DNA from: an uncultured Verrucomicrobiae bacterium
GTDB lineage: Bacteria; Verrucomicrobiota; Verrucomicrobiia; Chthoniobacterales; UBA10450
Direction: 5' to 3'
Assembly: GCA_963834385.1 (NCBI GenBank)
Contig: CAWIBO010000002.1
Location: 576,001 to 640,000 of the forward strand
Length of the DNA stretch: 64,000 nt
Every line of letters begins with the position of its first letter. Positions within the stretch are counted from its first letter, which is position 1. This document shows, piece by piece, positions 53,658-63,079 of this stretch. The notes under the pieces are model-generated. The model made no database searches. It saw nothing but the letters and a program-made list of their open reading frames with translations, and was not told the DNA's origin. Both the position numbers and the translations under genes were made by a program.

Positions 53658-54938
53658 TTGAAGAGGGCAGCACCAGGCGGATCGAGCGGGCCCCCGGGCG
53701 TTCCCCGCCTCGGTTATCTCTACTCCCGCTACCCGGTCCTTTCCCAGACCTTCTGCGACGCCGAGATGCTGGAGCTGGAGCGCCGCGGCGCCGCCCTGGT
53801 GGTCGCCTCGCTTTATCCCCCCAAGACGCCGCTGCGCCACGGCTATCTCTCCCGGCTGCGCGCCCCGGTCCATTACGCCCCCGGGAAAGAGGTGCTCGAG
53901 GCCATGGCGCGGAAGGCCCGGAAGGAGGGACGCTGGCCGGCGGAGCTGGTGGCCCGGCATGAACGGCAATACGGGCCGGACTACAAGGCGGCTTTGCGCG
54001 CCCGAAACGCCCTCTTTTTCGACGATCTTTTCCGGCGCGAAAACGTGGCGCATTTTCACGTCCATTTTACCAACCGCGCCGCGCATACCGCCCTTTTTGT
54101 CCAGGCCCTCTCCGGTCTTTCTTTCAGCGTCACCGCGCACGGCCAGGACTTCATGCGCGACCTTGGGAACGATGAGCTGCTTCGGGAAATTTGCGCGGCC
54201 GCCGAATTCGTCGCGGCCGAGACGGAATTCAGCCGCGCGCTCCTGGCGCGGCGCTGCCCGGAGTCGGCGCAGAAGATCGTGCACATCCCCAATGGCCTTG
54301 ACCGCGCCAAGCTGCCGCGTCCGGTCGCGCGGGAGGAGAGGGAAGAATCAGCCCTCCGGCTCGTGAGTGTCGGGCGCCTGGTGGAGTTCAAGGGGTTCGA
54401 CGTCCTGATCCGGGCCTGCGCGGAGCTGAAGCGGAGCGGTCTCGCTTTTTCCTGCGAGATTGTGGGGGACGGGCCGCTCCGGGAAGAATTGCAGGCGCTG
54501 GTGGCGGCGCATGACCTTGCCGGCCACGTGCGCCTGACCGGGGAGCGAACGCAGGAGTATGTGCTCGAGACACTGGGCGCGTGCGACATTTTCGTCCTTG
54601 CCGCCACGGTGGACAGCCACGGCGCGAGTGACGTGTTCCCGACGGTCATCGCCGAGGCCATGGCGCTCGGCCGGCCGGTTGTCTCGACCACGGTGGCGGG
54701 TATCCCGGAGCTGGTCGTTTCCGAAGAAACGGGCCTGCTGGTGGAACCGGGCCAGGTCGCGGCCTTGAGCGCGGCCCTGGCGCGCCTGGCCCACGATCCC
54801 GCGGAGCGGGCCAGGCTGGGCGAGGCCGGCCGCATCCGGCTGGAGACAAATTTTCTCATCGAAACGACCATTGAACCGCTCTGGGAACGACTCGTCGCGG
54901 CCGGCAAAAATGCCCCGTCGCCGAGACCGGCCAGTTGA
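53658..54938 (+). CDS. Glycosyltransferase family 4 (WcaL-like)
   Basis: YPVLSQTF, HVHF, VTAHG, SVGRLVEFKGF, EAMALG.PVVST..GIPELV; start uncertain. Confidence 0.88.
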   Translation: MKRAAPGGSSGPPGVPRLGYLYSRYPVLSQTFCDAEMLELERRGAALVVASLYPPKTPLRHGYLSRLRAPVHYAPGKEVLEAMARKARKEGRWPAELVARHERQYGPDYKAALRARNALFFDDLFRRENVAHFHVHFTNRAAHTALFVQALSGLSFSVTAHGQDFMRDLGNDELLREICAAAEFVAAETEFSRALLARRCPESAQKIVHIPNGLDRAKLPRPVAREEREESALRLVSVGRLVEFKGFDVLIRACAELKRSGLAFSCEIVGDGPLREELQALVAAHDLAGHVRLTGERTQEYVLETLGACDIFVLAATVDSHGASDVFPTVIAEAMALGRPVVSTTVAGIPELVVSEETGLLVEPGQVAALSAALARLAHDPAERARLGEAGRIRLETNFLIETTIEPLWERLVAAGKNAPSPRPAS

Positions 54939-54986
54939 CCGCCCGCCAAACTCTGGCAGGAATGTGACAGCGCCCGACCGGCTCCC

Positions 54987-55880
54987 ATGAACAAAAAAGC
55001 CATCCTTCTCGCCGGCGGCGCCGGCACCCGCCTTTTTCCGCTGACGACGATCGTCTGCAAGCAGCTCCTGCCGGTTTACGACAAACCGATGATCTGTTAT
55101 CCGCTGGCCACCCTGATGCTGGGCGGTCTGCGCGAAATCCTGATCATCTCCACGCCGAAGGATGTCCCGGTCATCCGCGATTATCTTGGCGATGGCTCCC
55201 GGCTCGGCCTCCGCCTGGAATATGCCGAGCAGGCGAAGCCGGAGGGGATCGCGCAGGCTTTCCTGATCGGGGCCGATTTCCTGGACGGCGCCGGGGCTTC
55301 CCTCATTCTGGGCGACAACATTTTCTACGGAAAACTCGATTTCTACCGGGAAGCGCTCGCGCTCGAGCGGGGAGCGTGCGTTTTCGGTTACCAGGTGCGC
55401 GATCCGGAGCGCTATGGCGTGGTGGAGTTCGATCGCGCGGGCAAAGTCATCAGCCTGGAGGAAAAACCGGCCCGGCCGAAGAGCCATTATGCGGTGCCCG
55501 GCCTCTATGTTTATGACGACCGGGTGGTCGATTATTGCCGCGCGCTCAAGCCTTCCGCGCGGGGCGAGCTGGAGATCACGGATCTGAACCTGACCTATCT
55601 GCGGCAGAACGAGTTGAGCGTGAAGCTGCTCAGCCGCGGGATGGCCTGGCTCGACACCGGCACCCAGGCCAGCCTGCTGGAAGCCAGCAATTACATCGCC
55701 ACCATCGAGCACCGGCAGGGCCTCAAGATCGCCTGTCTTGAAGAGGTGGCCTTCCGCATGGATTTCATTTCCGAAAGCGAGCTGGCCCGCCTGGTCGACC
55801 GGCTGCCCAAGGGCGAATACCGCGATTATCTCCAGCTCGTCTGCGAGGAAGGGCCCACCGGGCCGCCGCCGGTCGGCTAG
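54987..55880 (+). CDS. rfbA: Glucose-1-phosphate thymidylyltransferase
   Basis: LLAGGAGTRLFP, KQLLPVYDKPMI, LGDNIF, EEKP, SARGELEITD, AWLDTGT. Confidence 0.96.
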   Translation: MNKKAILLAGGAGTRLFPLTTIVCKQLLPVYDKPMICYPLATLMLGGLREILIISTPKDVPVIRDYLGDGSRLGLRLEYAEQAKPEGIAQAFLIGADFLDGAGASLILGDNIFYGKLDFYREALALERGACVFGYQVRDPERYGVVEFDRAGKVISLEEKPARPKSHYAVPGLYVYDDRVVDYCRALKPSARGELEITDLNLTYLRQNELSVKLLSRGMAWLDTGTQASLLEASNYIATIEHRQGLKIACLEEVAFRMDFISESELARLVDRLPKGEYRDYLQLVCEEGPTGPPPVG

Positions 55881-56533
55881 TTCGCGGCCCCGGGCTGTTC
55901 CCGCAGGAGCTGCGAGGCATCGGCAAGGAGCTTGGTCACCGTGTCCGGGGCCAGGGCGTCATAATACCCGCGCACAGTCCCTTTCCGGTCCACCAGGACC
56001 AGGCGCGTGGTGTGGACCGGTCCCTCCGTGGTGCCGGGATCGAGCGCGAGTTTAAAGCCATGACGCGAGATGTTGTAGATGGCGGCCTCGGGCCCGGTCA
56101 GAAAAGTCCAGCGCGCCGGGTCGGCCTCCAGCCGCTGCGCGTAATCGCGCAACACCGCCGGCGTGTCGTTCGCCGGATCGACTGTGAAGGTGACGAGGTT
56201 GACGCCGGTTTCCCGCAAAGGCTTTTGCAGGTCGGCCATGCGACTGCTGATGAGGGGGCAGGGTCCGCGGCAATTGGTGAAAATGAAATCGGCGATCCAG
56301 ATTTTCCCTTCCAGATCGCTGCTGCCGAAAGGCTCGCCAAACTGATTGGTGAGGGCAAAGGAGGGCGCCTGCCCGAGCGCGGGCAGATCCCGGCTGGCCA
56401 GCTGCCGGACCTGCGCCTGACGCAGAGCGAACAGCCCGGCCGCGGTCAGGAGCGGAATCAGGAGAAGCGTCAGTTTCCAGGCCAGGGAACGCCTGTTCGT
56501 GCCGGTGGAAGGGATGGGCGTGGGCTCCGTCAT
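55877..56533 (-). CDS. SCO family copper chaperone
   Basis: TM helix; FIFTNCRGPCP (CxxxC); VDPANDTP; WTFLTG; conserved His in VHTT. Confidence 0.92.
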   Translation of the reverse strand: MTEPTPIPSTGTNRRSLAWKLTLLLIPLLTAAGLFALRQAQVRQLASRDLPALGQAPSFALTNQFGEPFGSSDLEGKIWIADFIFTNCRGPCPLISSRMADLQKPLRETGVNLVTFTVDPANDTPAVLRDYAQRLEADPARWTFLTGPEAAIYNISRHGFKLALDPGTTEGPVHTTRLVLVDRKGTVRGYYDALAPDTVTKLLADASQLLREQPGAAN

Positions 56534-57445
56534 CGCTTGGTGATCACCAGGGCGATGAGAATGACCGGCAGATAGATGATCGAGGCAATGAACAGACGCC
56601 GTGCGGCCGTGATGCTGCGCTGCCGGGCGAAAGCGACCGCCATTCCGGTGAAGACGAGACCGGCGACGATGCCAACGAGCAGCATGCCTGCGCCGTTGAG
56701 CCCGGCTAACACCGGCAAAAGGCTCGCCGCGGTCACGAGCAGGGCAAAGAGCACGCTCTGCCGCCCGCTTCGGCGTCCGTCGCCATCACTGCCCGAGAGC
56801 ATGCGAAACCCGGCCCGCTCGTAATCCTCCCGATACATCCAGGCGATGGCGTAGAAATGCGGCATCTGCCAGCAGAACAGGATGCCGAAGAGAGTGGCGG
56901 CCGGCCAGCTCAGGCTTCCGCTGGCCGCGGCCCACCCGATCAGGGGCGGGATCGCACCCGGGATCGCTCCCACCAGCGTGTTCAGGGTGCTCACCCGCTT
57001 CAGCGGCGTGTAGGCCAGGATATAGATGACGATGGTGGCGAGCGCGAGCAGGGCGCTCAGCCAGTTGCAGGCGAGCCCGAGATAAATCACCCCGCTCAGC
57101 CCAAGGAAATTTCCCACCAGGAGCGCGTCCCGCGGACTCATCCTGCCGGCCGGGATGGGGCGAAGCCTCGTCCGCAGCATGAGCGCGTCGTGCCGTCGTT
57201 CCCACCATTGGTTCAGGGCGGCGGCGCCGGCCGCGGCCAGGGCTGTGCCGAAGACGGCATGGAAAAGTGCGGCGTAACCAAACGGTCCCGTCGGCGCCAA
57301 GATAAAACCCGACGGTGGTGGTCAGCAGAACCAGCAGGGTCAGCCGGGCTTTGATCAGCTCCGCGAAATCGGCCACGGGGCGGGCCGTGGCCGTTTCCCG
57401 CAAAGCGCCCTCTTCCAGCGGCGAGACATTCAGGAGTGCCTTCAC
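56530..57445 (-). CDS. ctaB: Heme o synthase (protoheme IX farnesyltransferase); apparent +1 frameshift near 57287
   Basis: N-terminus (LIKARL) in one frame; D.LM.RT..RPIP.G, YTPLKR, WQMPHF, DY.RAG in the adjacent frame. Confidence 0.88.
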
Positions 57446-58484
57446 GCCGAGGCCTCTTCCATGTGGGGGAGAGATTCCGCGACCGCAGGGACATCGTTCT
57501 CCCGCCGCCACGCCAGCGCGGTCAGGGCCACCCCGCAGCCGAGGAGAAGCGCGCCGACGGCGACGTGCGCCGTGGCCACATCAGCCGCCTTGTTGCTCCA
57601 GATGGTCCAGGCGCCAAGGACGATCTGGATTCCAACGAGAACAACCCAGGCCAGGGCGAGGCGACGCAGAGGTCTGGCCGTGCCGGGCAAACCGCGGGTC
57701 AGAAGAAAGACGCGCACGACGCCAAGTGCGATGAGGAGCGCCATGGCCCGATGAGCCATCTGGAGCCAGATCTGCGCCGGTGTCACCGTGGTGAATGCGC
57801 GGGCCTCGCGCCACTGGTTGATCGCGGCCAGCCGCTCCGCGCCCGGTCTCGGGAATCCATTGGCCATAAGCGGTGGGAAAATCGAGGATGGCCAGGTCTT
57901 TGTGCTGATGCCGCATAGTCGCGCCCAGCCCGAGCGTGCCGTAGATCAGGGCCGTGGTCAGCGCCGCGGTCAGGGCAAGGGCACGGAGGCGCGGCTGAAA
58001 CCGGGACAGAGCTCCGTCGCGCCGCCAGGCGCGGGAAAGGGCGAGGGCGATAAAGACAAGCAGACCAAGAAACGCCTGGGCGAGAAGCGCGTGGAAGATT
58101 CCGATCTCATCTTTCAGCATCGTCACCCGCAACCCGCCGAGGACTCCCTGGAAGATGACCGCCCCGACCGCGACCAGACCCAGGTTGCGAAGCCAGCGCC
58201 GCGGCTCGGCCAGCCAGAGCCAGAGGGCCAGGATCAGGGTCGAGAAATCCGACCCCGGAGGCAATGAGGCGGTGCGAATGCTCATAAAAAACGCCGCCGA
58301 CCCAGCCGGAGACGGGAAAGAGAAACATGTTGTAACCGAAGGTGGTGGGCCAGTCGGGCACGGCGAGACCGACGCCCTTGCTCGTGACAAGACCGCCGCT
58401 GGCGATGAGCACCAGCGTGCAAACGGCGGTGAACCAGGCAAAGCGGCGCAGCCAGGGAGTCGGGGTGGCGTTATGTGCTCGCAT
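57442..58484 (-). CDS. ctaA: Heme A synthase COX15/CtaA; two apparent +1 frameshifts near 58241 and 57843
   Basis: GLAVPDWP, EHSHR, QGVLGG, FHALLA, QMAHR, QIVLGA, TAHV spread over three frames. Confidence 0.85.
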
Positions 58485-58518
58485 CCCTTGAGGCGGCCGG
58501 TCAAGGCCGCGCCCTCAT

Positions 58519-59409
58519 CTATCCGCCGGCGGGGGGTTGGGCCGCGGGCGAGCTGACCGGAGAAGTGACGCCGGGCGGCGGGACGCTGCCCTGGTCGGGA
58601 GCCGGGGAGGGTTCGCCGGGGGGGCGGTCAAGCGGCGCCGGGGCCACGGTATTGCCGGCCAGTTCGGCCTGCTCCTTCAGCCAGGCCTGAAAATTCTCCT
58701 CCGTATCGACAACGACGAGGCCCTTCATGGAATAATGGCCGAGACCGCAGAGCTGGCCGCAAACCACTTCATAGGAGCCCGTCTTGATCGGGGTAAACCA
58801 CATCGGAATGATCTGTCCGGGAACGGCGTCCTGCGCGATGCGCATGTGCGGCAGGGCGAAATTATGGATCACGTCCTTGGAGGAGAGCTCGATGATCACG
58901 GGGCGATTCACGGGAATATGAAGCTCGCCCACGACCACGAGGTCATCCTTCGAGGCCGGATCGCGTGAATCCAGGCCGATGGAATTGGCGGTGGAAACGA
59001 GATTGATGTCGCGCCGGCCAAAGATGCCGTCCGGACCCGGCAGATGATAATTCCAGATGAACTGCTGGCCGATGGCGTGAACCACGAGCGCGTCGGCGGT
59101 GTCGGGAAATTCGTTCACCCGCTTGGCCCAGAGCGGGATGGCAAAGCCGATGAGAAGGACGGCCTCGATCAGGACGACCGCGAACTCGAGGTGGGTGGAG
59201 ATGCCGCTCTTGACCCCGGCATAATTGGCCACGGGATTCCGGCGCCGGCGAAAGCGGATCAGGACGTAGACGAAGAAGGCGGACCAGCCGACGAAGAGCG
59301 CGGCCATGAACCAATGGCTGAACTCGATGAAATGATCGATCTGATAACCGTGGTCCGAGGCGTTCGGGGGCAGACCGAGAAACTCGTTAATCAGGGCCAG
59401 ACTATTCAT
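58519..59409 (-). CDS. ctaC: Cytochrome c oxidase subunit II
   Basis: Two TM helices; QQFIW; DVIHNF; DAVPG; CuA motif CGQLCGLGHYSM. Confidence 0.93.
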   Translation of the reverse strand: MNSLALINEFLGLPPNASDHGYQIDHFIEFSHWFMAALFVGWSAFFVYVLIRFRRRRNPVANYAGVKSGISTHLEFAVVLIEAVLLIGFAIPLWAKRVNEFPDTADALVVHAIGQQFIWNYHLPGPDGIFGRRDINLVSTANSIGLDSRDPASKDDLVVVGELHIPVNRPVIIELSSKDVIHNFALPHMRIAQDAVPGQIIPMWFTPIKTGSYEVVCGQLCGLGHYSMKGLVVVDTEENFQAWLKEQAELAGNTVAPAPLDRPPGEPSPAPDQGSVPPPGVTSPVSSPAAQPPAGG

Positions 59410-59662
59410 ATTTTGCCAGATCCTCCTGCGTCAGTTCCTGGTGCGGCTCGAGCGGAGTGCGGCTGTGCCGCCAGAGATGAACGCCGAAGAGGCCCACGCC
59501 GCCGAGGACGGCCATGACCGCGCCGAGCAGGAACCAGATCGCCACGGCCATGTTCTGGGACGACGTCGATTCCGGCGCGCCGGAGCAGACCGCGCAGGCG
59601 AGCGCCTCCCCGGCAAAGACCGCGCCCAAGAGAAGAATGAGAGAAAGAGTGCGCCCGTTCAT
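59402..59662 (-). CDS. Small exported/membrane protein with N-terminal CxxC, cox-operon associated
   Basis: Signal peptide ending ALA, then CAVC, then a TM helix; overlaps both neighbours. Confidence 0.65.
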   Translation of the reverse strand: MNGRTLSLILLLGAVFAGEALACAVCSGAPESTSSQNMAVAIWFLLGAVMAVLGGVGLFGVHLWRHSRTPLEPHQELTQEDLAKYE

Positions 59663-59868
59663 GTGATCAGGCGCAGCCGCTTCATTTTCCGGTAGAACCA
59701 GACGCCATAAACGACCAGGGCCACGGCGGCGAGGAACGACCCGATGGCGCCGGCGAGATAGACCGGGGCGCCCACGACCATGTTGACCCAGAGACACCAG
59801 GCCCCGCAACCGAGGGCGAGCAGGGTCGAGAAAACAATAAAGACGATATGGAAACCTTTAAGGGTCAT
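59659..59868 (-). CDS. Small two-TM membrane protein, cox-operon associated
   Basis: LKGFHIVFI start and two hydrophobic helices; translationally coupled. Confidence 0.7.
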   Translation of the reverse strand: MTLKGFHIVFIVFSTLLALGCGAWCLWVNMVVGAPVYLAGAIGSFLAAVALVVYGVWFYRKMKRLRLIT

Positions 59869-60218
59869 CAGTGCACAATCGGGTCGTACCAGGCGAGATA
59901 AGTCAGCCAGAAAAGGGCGAGCACAAAGGCAACGGTGAAAAGCAGGATGCGGTAGACCATTTTTCGCTCCGCGGAAAGGTGCATGAAGATGGCGGCGACC
60001 AGGCCGGCCTTGAAGGTGGCCACGAGCATGCCGACGGCGACGTTCGCCTTCATCGACCCGAGATCAACGTAGGAGAGGGCCACGGTGATGATGGTGAAGA
60101 TGAGCAGGAGCGCGCCGACCATGAGGTACTTGCGGACGTGCTTGCTGACATCGTGATGATCGTCGTGTGCCTCCGCTGCGGCGGCGCCTGGAACGGGAGC
60201 GTGAGTGTGTTCGTCCAT
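59868..60218 (-). CDS. Cytochrome c oxidase subunit IV (COX4_pro)
   Basis: His-rich N-terminus; three TM helices; KAGLV..IFMHL. Confidence 0.85.
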   Translation of the reverse strand: MDEHTHAPVPGAAAAEAHDDHHDVSKHVRKYLMVGALLLIFTIITVALSYVDLGSMKANVAVGMLVATFKAGLVAAIFMHLSAERKMVYRILLFTVAFVLALFWLTYLAWYDPIVH

Positions 60219-60220
60219 GA

Positions 60221-61098
60221 TCAAAGGAGGTAGAAGAGCGGGAAGACAAAGATCCAGACCAGGTCGACGAAGTGCCAGAAGAGTCCCGAGACCTCGACCC
60301 GGTTGGCCAGGTGCTCCGGGTTCTGCCGGTAGAGCTTCGTCCCGACCGGGAGCCAGAAGTAGAGGAAAACGATGACCCCGCCGAGGACGTGGAGGCCGTG
60401 CAGACCGGTGATGGTGAAGTAGGTCGCGAAATAGGTGCTGTGCGCGGGCACGAACATGCCGAAGTGCTGCACATCCTCCCTGGCGACGTGCACGATCTTG
60501 TCCGTGTGCTTGCGCGGCAGGAAGTGAGGGCGATCAAGCTCGGGATTGGTCGGGTCGGCGAAGACCGGGTCGACCGCGATCTCGAACTCCTTCACCTGCG
60601 GATCGTGCAGGGCCGCCTCGTTATGCAGATGACCGGTGATTTCGACCCGGGGCGGCAGGCCCTTTCTCCCGGAGCTGATTGTTCCCGAGGTATTGTTCGT
60701 ACTTCGGCGAGCGCCTCGGTTTTGATGAAGGCGCCGAAGTGATGGAACTTCTCGGGCCATTCCACCACCAGCTTCACCACCAGGAAGATGATGCCGCAGA
60801 GGATCGTGACCCCCATGTAGATCTTGTACTTGGTGAACTGCCGCATCTTCAGCGCCGCCCAGGCCAGCACGACCGTGACGGAGGAAAGAATCAGGATGGC
60901 GGTGTTCATTGTCCCGACCGGGACGTTGAGCAGGCCGTGGGGCCAGTGACCCGGGGGCGAGTCGAGCCGAAGGAAGATATAGGAGGAGAAGAGCCCGCCG
61001 AAGAGCATCACTTCCGAGGCAAGGAAAAGCCAGATGCCGATCTTGGCGTTCCACAGGCCGGTGTCGGGCCGGGCGGTGACCGTGTAGGGAATTTCCAT
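60221..61098 (-). CDS. ctaE: Cytochrome c oxidase subunit III with long soluble insert; two apparent +1 frameshifts near 60706 and 60661
   Basis: WLFLASEVMLFGGLF, NTAILILSS, YFTITGLHGLHV, GLFWHFVDLVWIFVFP. Confidence 0.88.
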
Positions 61099-61100
61099 CG

Positions 61101-62981
61101 CTAGTGGCCTCCGGCGGCGGCAGCGTAGGCGGCGCGATCGCTGTCGCGGATCGGCTCGCATCTGCATGGTGAAATCGCGTTTCCGGCCCGGCAGGCTGTA
61201 TTCGTAGGGACCGCGGTGCGCCACCGGCTCGACCGTGAAGTTGCCGTGGGGCGGCGGCGAGGGCGCGGCCCATTCCAGCGTGGTCGCCTCCCACGGATTG
61301 TCACCCACCTTTTTGCCGCGCCAGATGCTGTAGAAGAAGTTGATGATGAAAGGGAGCTGCGCCAGCGCGAGCGTCCAGGCCGCGATGGACATCGGCTTGT
61401 TCCATTCGAAACCGGTCAGACCCCAGACCTTCTCGCTGGCGAGTTCCCAGCCCTGCCCGCCGTCGTACCAGCGGCGGTGCATGCTCAGCATGCCCTGGAG
61501 GAACATCGGCAGGAAAATCAGGTTCATACAGATGAGCGAGGGCCAGAAATGGACCTTCCCCCAGAACTCGTTCATTATGTCGCCCGGTCACCTTCGGGAA
61601 CCAGTAATAGACACCGGCGAAAAGACCGAAGATGGTCCCGGGCGCGACGATGTAATGGAAGTGGGCGATGACGTAATAGGTGTCGTGCAGGTAAAGGTCG
61701 GCGGAATTGAAGGCGAGCGGGAGACCGGTGAGGCCGCCGATGCCGAACATGGGAAGAAAGGCGGTGGCAAAGAGCATCGGGGTGTTGAAACGGATGGAAC
61801 CGCCCCAGAGCGAAATGAAGAAGGCGCGTCAGGATGATGACCGACGGGATCGAAATGATCAGGGTGGTGGTCTGGAAGAAGGCGCTGACGACCGTGCCCA
61901 TGCCGGTGAGATACATGTGATGGGCCCAGACGATGAAGGAGAGAAAGCCGAGGACAAGGGCGGCGAAGACGAGTGACTTGTAACCCCAGAGCGGCTTGCG
62001 GGTGTTGTTGGCAATGACCTCGGCGACGATGCCCATGGCGGGGAGGATGAGCACGTAGACCTCCGGGTGGCCGAGGAACCAGAAGAGGTGCTGCCAGAGC
62101 AGCGGGCTGCCGCCGCCGCTGATGGCGGCGGGCGCGCCGTTGACGACCAGGCCGGTGGGCAGGAAGAAGCTGGTCCCGGCAGCGCGGTCCATCAGCTGCA
62201 TGACCGCGGCGGCTTCGAGGGGCGGGAAGGCGAGCAGGAGGAGAAAGGCGGTGACGAACTGCGCCCAGACGAAGAACGGGAGCCGCATCCAGGTCATGCC
62301 CTTGGCCCGGAGCTGGATGATGGTGGTGATGAAGTTGACCGAGCCGAGCAGCGACGAGGTGATGAGGAAAATCAAACCGATGAGCCAGAGCGTCTGGCCG
62401 TTCAGGAAGATGTAGTGCCCGGGACCGGTATCGGAAATCACGGCCAGCGGCGAGTAGGAAGTCCAGCCGCTCTTGGCCGCGCCGCCGGGAACGAAAAAGC
62501 TGAAGAGCATGATCACGCCGCCGACGGCAAAGACCCAGAAACTGGCGGCATTGATCTTCGGGAAGGTCATGTCGGGCGCGCCGATCTGGAGCGGGACCAC
62601 GAAATTGCCGAACGCGGCGAAGGCGAGCGGGACAATCCCGAGAAAGATCATGATGGTGCCGTGCATGGCCCCGAGGGAATTGTAGAAATCGGGCGTCATG
62701 ACCCCGTTGGGCATGCTCCCCTCCCACATCCAGTTCAGGAAAGGACCGATGACGGGGAGCGGCTGGCCGGGGTAAGCCAGCTGCCAGCGCATCAGCATCA
62801 TGAGACAGAAGCCGAAAAAGAGAAAAACGAGGCCCAGCAGGCCGTACTGGATGCCGATGACCTTGTGGTCGGTCGAGAAGATGTATTTCCGCCAAAAACC
62901 GAGCTCGTGATGGTCATGACCGTGGTCATGCGCGTGGGGATCGTGAGAGGGCGGCGGAGCGGCGTGGGTGGTGGCGTCCAT
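61101..62981 (-). CDS. ctaD: Cytochrome c oxidase subunit I (A1 type); three apparent +1 frameshifts near 61827, 61576, 61161
   Basis: STDHK, HGTIM, GWTSY, GHPEVY, WAHHM, HDTYYVIAHFHY, RR.Y, NPW.ATTLEW. Confidence 0.92.
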
Positions 62982-63079
62982 TGCGAAAAAAGTTAGCGGT
63001 TCAATATCCGGAGGGAAGCAATCTTTGCAAAGTAGGAATTGGTGATTTCAGGGTGAAAATGATGCCTCCGGGAGCTTTT

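Noticed and set aside
60592..61575. Apparent subunit I-subunit III fusion ORF
   Set aside because: Produced by an insertion near 61161; the corrected subunit I stops at 61101 and subunit III starts at 61098
56530..62981. Pseudogenised cytochrome oxidase operon or programmed frameshifting
   Set aside because: All breaks are single-base insertions with no stops or consistent slippery sites, and the same error type hits the essential murB
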